DNA from: Chloroflexi bacterium ADurb.Bin180 | GTDB lineage: Bacteria; Chloroflexota; Anaerolineae; UBA2200 | Assembly: GCA_002070215.1 (NCBI GenBank) | Contig: MWCV01000009.1 | Location: 21,778 to 85,777, forward strand | DNA: 64,000 nt | Direction: 5' to 3' | Shown here: positions 46,610-56,085 of the stretch, piece after piece | Position numbering within the stretch: the stretch's first letter is position 1 | Layout: every line of letters starts with the position of its first letter | Notes under the pieces: generated by a model | Seen by the model: only the letters and a program-made list of their open reading frames with translations | Databases searched by the model: none | What the model was told of the DNA's origin: nothing | Translations under genes and position numbers: made by a program

Positions 46610-46725
46610 TTCCCGCTGGAGGCGGACGGCAGCATCTCGCTGTCCGCCTCCAGACTCGCGCGAGCTCCGTTATCCGTGGACGGCTTGGTAACGTAAGGTA
46701 GCCAGAACGAAGGGAGCGAGTGACT

Positions 46726-47649
46726 ATGACGAGTATAAGTACCCCGGTGGGCACAGCGGCACCAAAAACGCTAACCACCGGCCGTGGCAGGGGCAGTCCA
46801 TCACGCAAGTGGCTGCCCGTGGTCTTGACGGGTCCGGCCTTCTTTGTGCCCTTTGTGCTGACCCTCGCCTGGATCCTGGGAGTCTACTGGAGTCTGACCG
46901 ACTATGACCTCCGCTTCGGGCTGCGCAACTATATCGGCCTGGCGAACTATATTGACCTGCTCAAGCTGCCGCTGTTCTGGACCTCGGTCAAGGTAACTCT
47001 GCAGTACACAGTGCTGACCGCAGGAATCGAGCTGCCCATCAGTCTGGGCTTTGCCATGATGCTGAACCGGGCCACCGGCTGGACGGCCAGATTGGCACGC
47101 AGCGTTATTATGGCTCCGCTCTGCATCTCGCCGGTCATCGCTGCTCTGATGTGGAAAATTATGCTGGGACCCAATCAGGGCCTGTTCAACTATGCGCTGC
47201 ATCTTGTTGGCCTGCCCAAGGTGGACTGGTTTGGCGATCCTCGCGTCGCCATGTGGTCGTTGATGATCGTCGACTGCTGGTTGTTCATCCCCTTTACCAC
47301 GCTCATTCTGTGGGGCGGGTTACAGAGTCTGCCCAAGACCCCCTATGAGGCGGCCGCAGTGGATGGCGCTTCAAGCTGGTTTACCTTCCGCAGGCTGACC
47401 CTGCCGCTGATGAAGCCCTTTGTGATGATCGCTCTGTTGTTCCGCGTCTGCGACAGCCTCAACGTCTTTGACACCATCTTTGCCACCACCAAAGGCGGAC
47501 CGGGGCGGGTCACGTTCGCGCTGAACTTGCTCGGGTACGACTCGGTGATGAGATGGTTCCGTCTCGGCTCCGGCCTGGCCGCCATGATGATCACGTACTT
47601 CCTGGCCTATGCCGTAGCCAAGCGCCTGATCGCATTTTTCCCCAAGTAG
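46726..47649 (+). CDS. ABC transporter permease (MalF/UgpA-like)
   Basis: It has 6 predicted TM segments and the EAA-like loop 'YEAAAVDGASSWFTFRRLTLP'. The ATG at 46726 has an AAGGGAG SD. The ORF track begins at GTG 46720. Confidence 0.85.
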   Translation: MTSISTPVGTAAPKTLTTGRGRGSPSRKWLPVVLTGPAFFVPFVLTLAWILGVYWSLTDYDLRFGLRNYIGLANYIDLLKLPLFWTSVKVTLQYTVLTAGIELPISLGFAMMLNRATGWTARLARSVIMAPLCISPVIAALMWKIMLGPNQGLFNYALHLVGLPKVDWFGDPRVAMWSLMIVDCWLFIPFTTLILWGGLQSLPKTPYEAAAVDGASSWFTFRRLTLPLMKPFVMIALLFRVCDSLNVFDTIFATTKGGPGRVTFALNLLGYDSVMRWFRLGSGLAAMMITYFLAYAVAKRLIAFFPK

Positions 47650-47664
47650 GAGGAGATCTCAACC

Positions 47665-48534
47665 ATGCACAGCACAGGACGCTCGCGTCGTGCAATAGGG
47701 GCAGTCATGATGTACGCTGCCTACATCCTCCTGATGGCATTCATTGTGTTCCCGCTTATCTGGATGCTGCTGATGTCGTTCAAGAATCCGACGGACGTAA
47801 TGGCCATACCGCCCAAGCTGTTCTTCAAGCCCACGTTGGACAACTACATCCGGCTGTTCTTTGGGCGTCAGCGCGAGGGCTACGCGCTGGTCAAGAGCGA
47901 CTTTCCATTGGCGATGAAGAACACCATTATCATCGCCGGAGGCGCGACCATCGTCTCCATGATCACCGGGACGCTGGCTGGCTATGCGTTGGCGCGCCTC
48001 CGTTTTGCCGCACGCGATTTCCTGGCCTTTACGATCCTGTCACTGCGCTTTTCGCCACCGCTCAGCATGATTATACCGGTGTACATCCTTTACCGCCGGA
48101 TCGGCCTGTACAACACCCATGTGGGCTTGATGCTGATCTACCAGATCATCTCCATGCCGATCATCATCTGGGTGGTGCGCAGCTACATTGAATCTGTGCC
48201 CGTGGACCTGGAACAGGCGGCTTGGATCGATGGCTATTCCTGGTGGCAGGGGTTTAGCAAGGTTCTCTTCCCTCTGATCGCCCCGGGCGTGGCCGCGACA
48301 TCAGTGCTGGCGTTCGTCTTTTGCTGGAACAACTTTGTGTTCGGCTTGATGCTGGGCGCCGCCGAAACGCACACCCTGACTGTCGCCACCAGCGCGTTTA
48401 TCTCCTACGAGCAGGTCCTGTGGGGGCAAATGGCCGCTGCCTCCGTGGTGACGATCATCCCGGCGATGATTTTTATCTTCCTGGTGCAGCGGTGGGTGGT
48501 TCGCGGCCTGACCTTTGGCGCCGTCAAGGGCTAG
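47665..48534 (+). CDS. ABC transporter permease (MalG/UgpE-like)
   Basis: An AGGAGG SD precedes it. The EAA motif is 'LEQAAWIDGYSWWQGFSKVLFPL'. It is a multi-TM protein. Confidence 0.85.
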   Translation: MHSTGRSRRAIGAVMMYAAYILLMAFIVFPLIWMLLMSFKNPTDVMAIPPKLFFKPTLDNYIRLFFGRQREGYALVKSDFPLAMKNTIIIAGGATIVSMITGTLAGYALARLRFAARDFLAFTILSLRFSPPLSMIIPVYILYRRIGLYNTHVGLMLIYQIISMPIIIWVVRSYIESVPVDLEQAAWIDGYSWWQGFSKVLFPLIAPGVAATSVLAFVFCWNNFVFGLMLGAAETHTLTVATSAFISYEQVLWGQMAAASVVTIIPAMIFIFLVQRWVVRGLTFGAVKG

Positions 48535-48555
48535 ACGAATCAGAAAGCGAGTGAG

Positions 48556-49659
48556 ATGGCAACCATCGTTCTGAAGGATCTTGTCAAAAAGTACGGTGAC
48601 GTCGAGGCTGTCAAGGGCATCAACCTGGAGATCCGCCACAAAGAGTTCTTTTGCTTCCTGGGCCCTTCGGGCTGCGGAAAGACGTCGACCCTGCGCGTGA
48701 TCGCCGGGCTCGAGGATATTACCGCCGGTGAAGTGTGGATAGGTGACAGGAAGGTCAACGGACTGGCACCCGCTGACCGCGACGTCTCGATGGCTTTTGA
48801 GACCTATGCTCTCTATCCGCCTTTGACGGTTCGCGAAAACCTGGCCTTCCCATTGGCGGCTCGCGGCGCCACTAAAGAGGCAATCGCGAACAAGGTCGCC
48901 GAGGTCGCGCGTATCCTGGACCTCAGCGATGTGCTGGATAAGAAGCCGGACCAGATCAGCGGCGGGCATCAGCAGCGGGTGTCGCTGGGCCGCTGCATCA
49001 TCCGTTCGCCCAACGCGTTTCTGTTCGACGAGCCGCTCTCGCACGTGGACTCGAAGGCGCGCCGCCAGATGCGCGGCGAAATCCGGCGCATTCAGCTCTC
49101 GCTGGGCATTACCTCGCTCTATGTGACCCATGACCAGTCGGAAGCACTGGCCCTGGCCGACCGGGTGATGATCATGAACGCGGGCGAGATCCAGCAAGTC
49201 GGCACACCGGACGAGGTCTACGACCGTCCGGCCAACCTGTTCGTGGCCGACTTTGTTGGCGAGCCGCCATTCAACCTTCTGGATTGCCGGCTGGTGAAGG
49301 AAGATGGTGTGAGCCGGTTCCGCCTGGACAAGGGCGGGTTCAGCCTTCGCGTACCCGATCGGTTGCTGCCTCTCCTTGCCGACCACGGCGATCAAGTGCT
49401 CAAGCTCGGCATCCGACCGATGTACATCGTTCCGCGGCTCACTCAGCCCGAAGAGCGGACCGTAGCGGGCAAGGTGTATGTGTTTGAGAATCTGGGCGAA
49501 GAAGGCGTGCTCACCGTGGACGTCGCCGGCGACCTGGTGCGTGTCACCACCACTCCTGACTTTCGGGGCAAGTCCGGCGACCCGGTGTGGCTCGACATGG
49601 ACACGAGCCGGGTGCACGTGTTTGATCCCGTTACCACGCGCAATATCACCCTGGACTGA
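48556..49659 (+). CDS. ABC transporter ATP-binding protein (MalK/UgpC-like), copy 1
   Basis: Walker A is 'GPSGCGKTS', the ABC signature is 'LSGGHQQR' and Walker B is 'FLFDEPLS'. It has a C-terminal MalK-type regulatory/TOBE domain. Confidence 0.9.
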   Translation: MATIVLKDLVKKYGDVEAVKGINLEIRHKEFFCFLGPSGCGKTSTLRVIAGLEDITAGEVWIGDRKVNGLAPADRDVSMAFETYALYPPLTVRENLAFPLAARGATKEAIANKVAEVARILDLSDVLDKKPDQISGGHQQRVSLGRCIIRSPNAFLFDEPLSHVDSKARRQMRGEIRRIQLSLGITSLYVTHDQSEALALADRVMIMNAGEIQQVGTPDEVYDRPANLFVADFVGEPPFNLLDCRLVKEDGVSRFRLDKGGFSLRVPDRLLPLLADHGDQVLKLGIRPMYIVPRLTQPEERTVAGKVYVFENLGEEGVLTVDVAGDLVRVTTTPDFRGKSGDPVWLDMDTSRVHVFDPVTTRNITLD

Positions 49660-49680
49660 CCAGGAGAGGGGAATCGAACG

Positions 49681-50793
49681 ATGGGTGAAGTAGTGCTGGA
49701 GAACGTCTGGAAGCGCTACGGCAAGACCGAAGCGGTGAAAGGACTCTCTCTGGAGGTCAAGGAAGAAGAGTGCATCGTCATCCTGGGCCCTTCCGGGGCT
49801 GGCAAGACGTCCACTCTCAAGATGATCGCGGGACTGGAAGACATCAGCTCCGGCCACATCTTCGTCAACGGCCGCCTGGTCGACAACCTTGAACCGCACG
49901 AGCGCAATGTGGCTATGACCTTTGAGACCTACGCCTTGTACCCGCACTTCTCAGTGTACGACAACCTGGCCTTTCCGCTGCGCTCGCCCAAACACAAGGT
50001 GCCCGAAGTAGAGATCAAGCAGCGCGTGGACAAGGTGGCAGATATGCTTGGCATTGGCGGCCTGCTCGACCGCCTGCCGGCTCAGCTCAGCCAGGGGCAG
50101 AAGCAGCGCGTGGGCCTGGGACGCACGCTGGTTCGCCAGCCATCTGTGTTTCTCTTCGATGAGCCGCTGGCCCACGTGGATGCCAAGATTCGCAACCGCA
50201 TGCGTATGGAGATCAAGCGTATCCAGGAAGAGTTGCGCACCACGTCGATCTTTGTCACCCACGACTATCTGGAAGCGCTTTCGCTGGGCGACCGCATCGC
50301 CGTCCTCGACAAGGGCGTGCTGCAGCAGATTGGAGCACCGCAGCAGATCTTCGAAAACCCTGCCAACAGCTTTGTGGCCGGGATCGTGGGCGACCCGCCG
50401 TGCAACCTCTTTGATGCCCGCGTGGCGCGCTTGGGCGGCGAGATGGCCTTCGTCAGCCGGGATGGCTGCTGCCAAATGCCGATGTCCCCGGGTTTGGCGG
50501 AGACACTGCGTCCCCACGTGGGCGAGGAGGTCAAAGTGGGCGTGCGGCCGATGTACGTTACCCCTTCATTCGTCGCGAGCGAGGGATGCATAGCCGGCAC
50601 GGTGTATGTCTTTGAGCGTTTTGAGACCAAGGGTGTGCTCCAGGTCCAGGTAGGGGAGACACGTATCGCCGCGATGACCACGCCGGATCTGAAGGTACAG
50701 CTCAACCAGCCCGTGTGGCTCAAGGTTCAGCCGCGGCGTGTGCTGGCGTTCGACGTCGCGTCAGGGCGCGCGCTTCCGCCGTCCGATGTCTAG
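49681..50793 (+). CDS. ABC transporter ATP-binding protein (MalK/UgpC-like), copy 2
   Basis: Walker A is 'GPSGAGKTS', the signature is 'LSQGQKQR' and Walker B is 'FLFDEPLA'. Confidence 0.9.
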   Translation: MGEVVLENVWKRYGKTEAVKGLSLEVKEEECIVILGPSGAGKTSTLKMIAGLEDISSGHIFVNGRLVDNLEPHERNVAMTFETYALYPHFSVYDNLAFPLRSPKHKVPEVEIKQRVDKVADMLGIGGLLDRLPAQLSQGQKQRVGLGRTLVRQPSVFLFDEPLAHVDAKIRNRMRMEIKRIQEELRTTSIFVTHDYLEALSLGDRIAVLDKGVLQQIGAPQQIFENPANSFVAGIVGDPPCNLFDARVARLGGEMAFVSRDGCCQMPMSPGLAETLRPHVGEEVKVGVRPMYVTPSFVASEGCIAGTVYVFERFETKGVLQVQVGETRIAAMTTPDLKVQLNQPVWLKVQPRRVLAFDVASGRALPPSDV

Positions 50794-50926
50794 CGGGCGC
50801 GCGGCCTGGAGCGTGAAAGGGCTTTGGGACTCGGTTTGACAGGCGTCGCGCGGTGCCCGGCATCGACTGGTCGTGATGGTTGCGCCGGCGCCGAAATCAT
50901 AGAAGATGATCGAGAAAGGAGCTGCA

Positions 50927-51742
50927 ATGACTGACATGGGTAAGAAGTTGAGGATGGGGCGTATTTTCAACCCCAAGACCGGCAAAGCAGTGGTGATGCC
51001 GATGGACCAGCCGCTCTACGGCTATCACGAGGCTTTGGTCGATTTGGTTCCACTGGTGCATGGGCTGATCGAAGCCGGCGCCACCGCGTTTCTGCTTGCC
51101 CGCGGCACGGCCAAGGCAGTCGCCGACGAGTTGGCCGGCCGAGCAGGATTGATCTACCGAACGCACGTGGCCACGGCCTTTAGCCGGGTCGACACCGAAT
51201 ACGCCGTCTACTCGACCGTAGAAGAGGCCCTCCGCCTGGGCGCCGATGCCGTGGCTCCCTGCGTGTTCCTGGGCTCTCCGACCGAGAAGGACGACCTCAC
51301 CGCCTGGGGCCTGATGGCCGACGAATGCGACAAGTGGGGCATGCCCATCTTTCCCGAGGTTCATCCGCCCGCCGTGCTGCCCGGTGCCAAGGTTTATGAT
51401 GGACCGTATGGTTGGGAGGAAATGCGCCTGACCATCCGCATCGCCTCAGAGGTCGGCGCGGACTTTATCAAGACCTGGTACAGCGGTGACGCTGAGAGCT
51501 ACCGCAAGATCCTCAGCTTCAGCCAGGTGCCCGTGCTTATCGCTGGCGGCGCGCCGACCGACGACGCTCGCAAGGTGCTGCAGATCGTGCGCGGTGCGAT
51601 GGATGCCGGAGCGGGCGGTGTGTCGATGGGCCGCAAGGTCTGGGGCGGCAAGACCCCGTTCGCGATGTGCCGTGCGGTTTCAAAGATCATCCAGGAAAAT
51701 GCCACCGTGGATGAAGCGCTTAAGGAGTTCAACAGGAAGTAG
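50927..51742 (+). CDS. class I aldolase of the DeoC/FbaB (DhnA) family, LsrF-like
   Basis: 'LRMGRIFNPKTGKAVVMPMDQP' and 'ADFIKTWYSG...VPVLIAGG...GGVSMGRKVW' align with LsrF/FbaB-type enzymes, including the Schiff-base Lys context 'IKTWY'. An AAAGGAG SD precedes the ATG at 50927. Confidence 0.75.
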   Translation: MTDMGKKLRMGRIFNPKTGKAVVMPMDQPLYGYHEALVDLVPLVHGLIEAGATAFLLARGTAKAVADELAGRAGLIYRTHVATAFSRVDTEYAVYSTVEEALRLGADAVAPCVFLGSPTEKDDLTAWGLMADECDKWGMPIFPEVHPPAVLPGAKVYDGPYGWEEMRLTIRIASEVGADFIKTWYSGDAESYRKILSFSQVPVLIAGGAPTDDARKVLQIVRGAMDAGAGGVSMGRKVWGGKTPFAMCRAVSKIIQENATVDEALKEFNRK

Positions 51743-51908
51743 TGACCCGATCGCGGCGGCCGGGCAGGCCAGCGTCCAGTGCTCACTGAACCCAAAAGCC
51801 TGCCTGGCTGGCCGCGACGTACGGGTGTTTCAGAGCTGTTGCGCGATGCTTCGGAACCGACCGCCCGTCGAGCTGACGCCGGTCCACACTGATGACGGAG
51901 TGCTGAGA

Positions 51909-52916
51909 ATGAAAGAAGCCTTGCTCTATGGTGTACGCGACCTCAGGGTGGTAGAGTCACCCAAACCCGAGATTGGCCCCTACGACGTGCTGGTGCGTGT
52001 GCGGGCCTGCGGCATCTGTCCGACCGACCTGCGCAAGTACCTCTTGCTCCACGAGTCGGCGCAGGTGCCACACCTACCGCTCAACATGGGACACGAGTTC
52101 GCTGGCGATGTGGTGGAGGTGGGTGCCAAGGTAACGCGGCCGATCAAGGTGGGCATGCGCGTGGCGGCCTCGGACTATGGTGGTTACGCCGAGTACGCGC
52201 GGCTTGGTCCCTGCCGCACGGAAGAGGACATCGCCATCGAGGCCATCGACACCGTGTTTGAGCTGCCGGAGAACGTGTCGTACGAAGAAGGAACCCTGAT
52301 GGAGCCGCTGGCCTGCGCGATCCATGCGGTGCGCGACCAGGCCAAGATCCAGGTGGGCCAAACGGTCGCCATTCTCGGCTCGGGCCAAATGGGCCTGCTC
52401 AAGATGGGTGTCGCTCAGGCCATGGGCGCGCGGGTCATTATGGTCGACCTGCGCGAGGATCGTTTGGCCTGGGCGGTCAAGCTGGGCGCCGACGAGACCG
52501 TCAACGCCAGCACGGAAGATCCTGTGGCAGCGGTGCGACGGCTCACTCACGGCGAGGGAGCGGAGGCGGTGATCGTGTCGCCCGGGCGCGTGCCCGAGAT
52601 GATACCGCAGGCGCTGGGCATGGCCGCATACCTGGGCCGTGTAGTGCTGTTTGGCGGATACAAGAAGGGCACCTCGGTGCCGTTCGACCCGAACGTCATT
52701 CACTATGGCGAGATCATCCTTACCGGCTGTGAAGGCATCGGCGTCAAGCCCTCGCCCACGGATTTACTTACTTTCAAGATCGCGCTGGACCTGATCGCTT
52801 CGGGGCGTGTGCCGGTGAGCAAGATCATCACCCACACGTTCCCGCTGGACGAGATCACGGTCGCCTTTGGCGTGTTGGAGCGGATGGAAGCGATGAAAGT
52901 CGTGCTCAAGATCTAG
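51909..52916 (+). CDS. zinc-dependent medium-chain alcohol/polyol dehydrogenase
   Basis: 'GPYDVLVRVRACGICPTDL' is the catalytic Zn site. 'ILGSGQMGLLKMGVAQAMGA' is the Rossmann GxGxxG. It is 335 aa from the ATG at 51909, with a GGAG SD. Confidence 0.85.
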   Translation: MKEALLYGVRDLRVVESPKPEIGPYDVLVRVRACGICPTDLRKYLLLHESAQVPHLPLNMGHEFAGDVVEVGAKVTRPIKVGMRVAASDYGGYAEYARLGPCRTEEDIAIEAIDTVFELPENVSYEEGTLMEPLACAIHAVRDQAKIQVGQTVAILGSGQMGLLKMGVAQAMGARVIMVDLREDRLAWAVKLGADETVNASTEDPVAAVRRLTHGEGAEAVIVSPGRVPEMIPQALGMAAYLGRVVLFGGYKKGTSVPFDPNVIHYGEIILTGCEGIGVKPSPTDLLTFKIALDLIASGRVPVSKIITHTFPLDEITVAFGVLERMEAMKVVLKI

Positions 52917-52954
52917 GGCGGGCCAGTCAGCGCACTATCAGGGGAGGATGTCGG

Positions 52955-53119
52955 ATGACCCTCAAAAGCATCTTGAAGAGTCTGTTGCGGCGGGTTGTAT
53001 TCGCACTCGCCATCGGGGCACTGCTGTTCGCGATTCAGCCGCTGGTTACGCGGGTGCCCTGGCTGCATGCGACTATCGTCATCCTGTTGTTCCTGTTCGC
53101 CTGGGAATACATCGTCTAA
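52955..53119 (+). CDS. unlisted small hydrophobic protein (54 aa, two predicted TM helices)
   Basis: Translation gives 'MTLKSILKSLLRRVVFALAIGALLFAIQPLVTRVPWLHATIVILLFLFAWEYIV*'. An AGGGGAGG SD lies 7 nt upstream. It is in the 240-bp gap between the dehydrogenase and kinase genes and is below the 60-aa ORF-track cutoff. Confidence 0.45.
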   Translation: MTLKSILKSLLRRVVFALAIGALLFAIQPLVTRVPWLHATIVILLFLFAWEYIV

Positions 53120-53155
53120 GGTGGAGCGCAATGAACCTCAGGTGGTGGCGGTAGA

Positions 53156-54706
53156 ATGAGCGAAGGACGGTTCTTGCTCGGCGTGGACGTGGGTACCTAC
53201 GGCTCCAAGGGAGTCGTGGTGAACCAGGCTGGCCGCGTGCTGGCCACTAGCTTTGCCGAGCATGGCGTAGACAGTCCTCGTCTGGGCTGGTACGAGCATG
53301 ACCCGGAGCGTGTCTGGTGGAACGACCTGACGCGGATCATCCAGGAGCTGCTGGATCGTTCGGGCATCGACCCGCGCGAGGTCGCCGCACTGGGCGTGAG
53401 CGGTCTGAGTCCTGAAGTGACCGCGGTGGATGCCGAGGGGCGAGTGCTGCGCCCGGCCATCCTGTACTCGGACACTCGGGCGGCCGCTGAGTCCGAGCGC
53501 ATCATAGAGAAGCTGGGCGAGCAGCGGATCCTGGACGTCGGCGGGAACGCGCTCTCGGTGCAGTCCGCCGGCCCCAAGGTGCTCTGGCTCCGCGATCATG
53601 AGCCCGAGGTCTTTGGCCGAACCCGCTACATCTATGACGCGCCCAGCTACCTGACCTACCTTCTCACCGGCGTGTCGCGCATGGACTATGGGCAGGCCTG
53701 CTGGTTTCACCCGCTGTTCAACATCCGCGACCTTAAGTGGGATGAGAGCGTGTGCACCGAGCTGGGCATCTCCAGCAGCATCTTTCCTCCGCTCGGGTGG
53801 GCCACGGAGGTCGCGGGCGGCATCTCGCGGAGCGCCGCACAGGCCACGGGGCTGGTGGAAGGAACGCCGGTGATCACCGGAACCGGTGACGGCCCGGCCG
53901 AGCAGGTGGCCGTCGGTGCCTCGGAAGAGGGAGAGGCGGCGTTGGTGTACGGCAGCACGATGTGCCTGCTCGCGCTGTCCAACACGCCGCGAGTGCACGC
54001 GCGGGCGGCGGCGGCCATCGGAGCGGTTCCCGGTCGCCGCTTGCTGATGACCTACATGAACGCCTCCGCGGCGCTGACACGCTGGTTTCGCGACAACTTT
54101 GGTCAGGTGGAACGCGAGGCAGAAGCGAGCCTCGGCATCAACGCCTACCAGCTGCTCAGCGCCGAGGCCGCCCAGGTTCCTCCCGGGTCCGAGGGCCTGG
54201 TGGTACTGCCTTACTTTGCCGGCGAAGGCCACCCGATCCTAGATACATCAGCCCGCGGCTTGATCCTGGGGCTGACCCTGTCGCACAAGCGCGGCCACCT
54301 CTACCGCGCCTTGCTCGAGGGAGTGGCCTACGGCCTGCGTCATAACCTGGAGACGTTCCAGGAGGCCGGTCTGCCCATCCGGAGATACCTGGCCGTGGGC
54401 GGCGGGACCAAGAGCAAGCTGTGGACGCAGATCGTGAGTGACGTTGTAGGCATCAACCAGGAGCTGGTATCCGTGCCCTTCGGGGCGCCGTTCGCTGACG
54501 CCTATCTGGCCGGCTACGGCGTGGGGATGTTCCGCGATATGCGGACCCTGCGCGACGAATGGGCGCAGATTTCCGGACGGGTGTCTCATCAGCCCGAGCT
54601 GTGGCCCGTGTACGACCGCTATTATCAGGTATACCGTGCGCTTTACGAACCACTGAAGAAACATATGCATACGCTGGCCGAATTGTCTATGGCAGCAAGA
54701 GATTGA
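53156..54706 (+). CDS. FGGY-family carbohydrate kinase, copy 1
   Basis: The N-terminus 'LLGVDVGTYGSKGVVV' is the FGGY phosphate-1 motif. It is 516 aa with the conserved FGGY_N and FGGY_C layout. Confidence 0.85.
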   Translation: MSEGRFLLGVDVGTYGSKGVVVNQAGRVLATSFAEHGVDSPRLGWYEHDPERVWWNDLTRIIQELLDRSGIDPREVAALGVSGLSPEVTAVDAEGRVLRPAILYSDTRAAAESERIIEKLGEQRILDVGGNALSVQSAGPKVLWLRDHEPEVFGRTRYIYDAPSYLTYLLTGVSRMDYGQACWFHPLFNIRDLKWDESVCTELGISSSIFPPLGWATEVAGGISRSAAQATGLVEGTPVITGTGDGPAEQVAVGASEEGEAALVYGSTMCLLALSNTPRVHARAAAAIGAVPGRRLLMTYMNASAALTRWFRDNFGQVEREAEASLGINAYQLLSAEAAQVPPGSEGLVVLPYFAGEGHPILDTSARGLILGLTLSHKRGHLYRALLEGVAYGLRHNLETFQEAGLPIRRYLAVGGGTKSKLWTQIVSDVVGINQELVSVPFGAPFADAYLAGYGVGMFRDMRTLRDEWAQISGRVSHQPELWPVYDRYYQVYRALYEPLKKHMHTLAELSMAARD

Positions 54707-56038
54707 ATGGAAGGGAGCCTCGTGACCACTGGACAGCATCTCATTCTGCATCGAACTTCCCGCCGCGAGATGAAAGAAGGCAAGATACCGGTCATCGTCA
54801 AAGGTGAGGGCGTTTATGTTTGGGACCAGGCCGGGCGCAAGTACCTGGACTTTGTCTCCGCGGTGACCCGCGTTTCGCACCTGGGATACGGCCGCAAGGA
54901 GATTGCTCAGGCGATGTACGACCAGGCCTGTCAGCTCAGCTACTATAGCCCGTTTCAGTTCGCCACCCAGCCGGCCATGGAGATGGCTGACGTGCTCGCC
55001 GAGGTGGCGCCGGGTCAGATCAGCCAGTTCTTCTTTGTCTGCGACGGCTCCGAGTCCGTAGAGGCCGCGCTGAAACTGGCCAAGCACTACCATTACTTCC
55101 GCGGTGACAAGCAGCGCCACAAAGTCATCTCCCGGCGAGGGGCCTATCACGGCACTACCGGTGGCGCACTGCGCGCGCTGGGCGTGGTGCTGCCGATGCG
55201 CCACATCATGGAGCCAGTTGGACCGGGGACGGTGTGGGCAGAGTCACCCTACTGCTATCGCTGCCCGCTGCACCTGTCCTACCCGGCCTGCGACCTGGCC
55301 TGCGCCAGGGACGTGGCGCGGATTATCGAGTTCGAAGGACCCGAGCAGGTCTCGGTGTTCATTGGTGAGCCCATTCAGCAAGGGTTCGGCGTGCTTCCCG
55401 CGCCCCCGGGGTACTGGAAGACCATCCGCGAGATCTGCGACCGCTATGGCATCCTCATCATTCACGACGAAATCATCTCGGCCTTTGGTCGAACCGGCAA
55501 GTGGTTTGCCAGTGAGCATTTCGGCGTGTGGCCTGATCTGGTCACGATGGCCAAGGGCCTGGCCAGCGGCTATGCGGCGCTGGGTGCGGTGGGCTGCACC
55601 GAAAAGGTGATCGAGCCCGTGGACACGTTCCATCACATCCACACCTATGGCAATCATCCGGTGGCTTGCGCCGCGGCACTGGCTTCGATGCGCATTATGA
55701 AGAACGAGCATCTGGTGCAGCACGCCGAGCGTATGGGTGTTTACCTGAAGCAAGGCCTGGAGTCGCTGTCCGGACATCGCGTCTTTGGCGAGGCGCGCGT
55801 GGTGGGGGTGTGGGGCGCTATCGACTGCACCACCGACCGCCAGACCCGAGCTCCGTTCCCGGCCGAGCGGCTGGCGAGCCTGGTGCGCCGGGCGCAGGAC
55901 AAGGGATTGATCATCAAGAGTATGGGCCAGGCACTCGAGTTCGCTCCACCGCTGATCATCGAGAAGGAGCATATCGACCGGGCCGTGCGCATTCTGGACG
56001 AGTGTCTGACCGAAGAAGAAAAGGACATGAATCTGTAG
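54707..56038 (+). CDS. class III (omega-type) PLP-dependent aminotransferase
   Basis: 'IHDEIISAFGRTGKWFASE' is the PLP-lysine region. 'GDKQRHKVISRRGAYHGTT' matches the aminotransferase class III fold. Its ATG immediately follows the kinase stop. Confidence 0.85.
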   Translation: MEGSLVTTGQHLILHRTSRREMKEGKIPVIVKGEGVYVWDQAGRKYLDFVSAVTRVSHLGYGRKEIAQAMYDQACQLSYYSPFQFATQPAMEMADVLAEVAPGQISQFFFVCDGSESVEAALKLAKHYHYFRGDKQRHKVISRRGAYHGTTGGALRALGVVLPMRHIMEPVGPGTVWAESPYCYRCPLHLSYPACDLACARDVARIIEFEGPEQVSVFIGEPIQQGFGVLPAPPGYWKTIREICDRYGILIIHDEIISAFGRTGKWFASEHFGVWPDLVTMAKGLASGYAALGAVGCTEKVIEPVDTFHHIHTYGNHPVACAAALASMRIMKNEHLVQHAERMGVYLKQGLESLSGHRVFGEARVVGVWGAIDCTTDRQTRAPFPAERLASLVRRAQDKGLIIKSMGQALEFAPPLIIEKEHIDRAVRILDECLTEEEKDMNL

Positions 56039-56085
56039 CAACTGCGCATTGGCAGCGCAGGTCGCCGGGGAGAGCCGCTAAAGCA

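Noticed and set aside
48301-49947. 548-aa minus-strand ORF overlapping the two ABC ATPase genes.
   Set aside because: It is antisense to genes with unambiguous Walker A, signature and Walker B motifs.
55666-56085. N-terminal extension of the second FGGY kinase ORF (ORF track start 55666).
   Set aside because: The extension overlaps the aminotransferase gene and encodes Arg/Gly-rich junk. The conserved FGGY N-terminus begins at the ATG at 56086.
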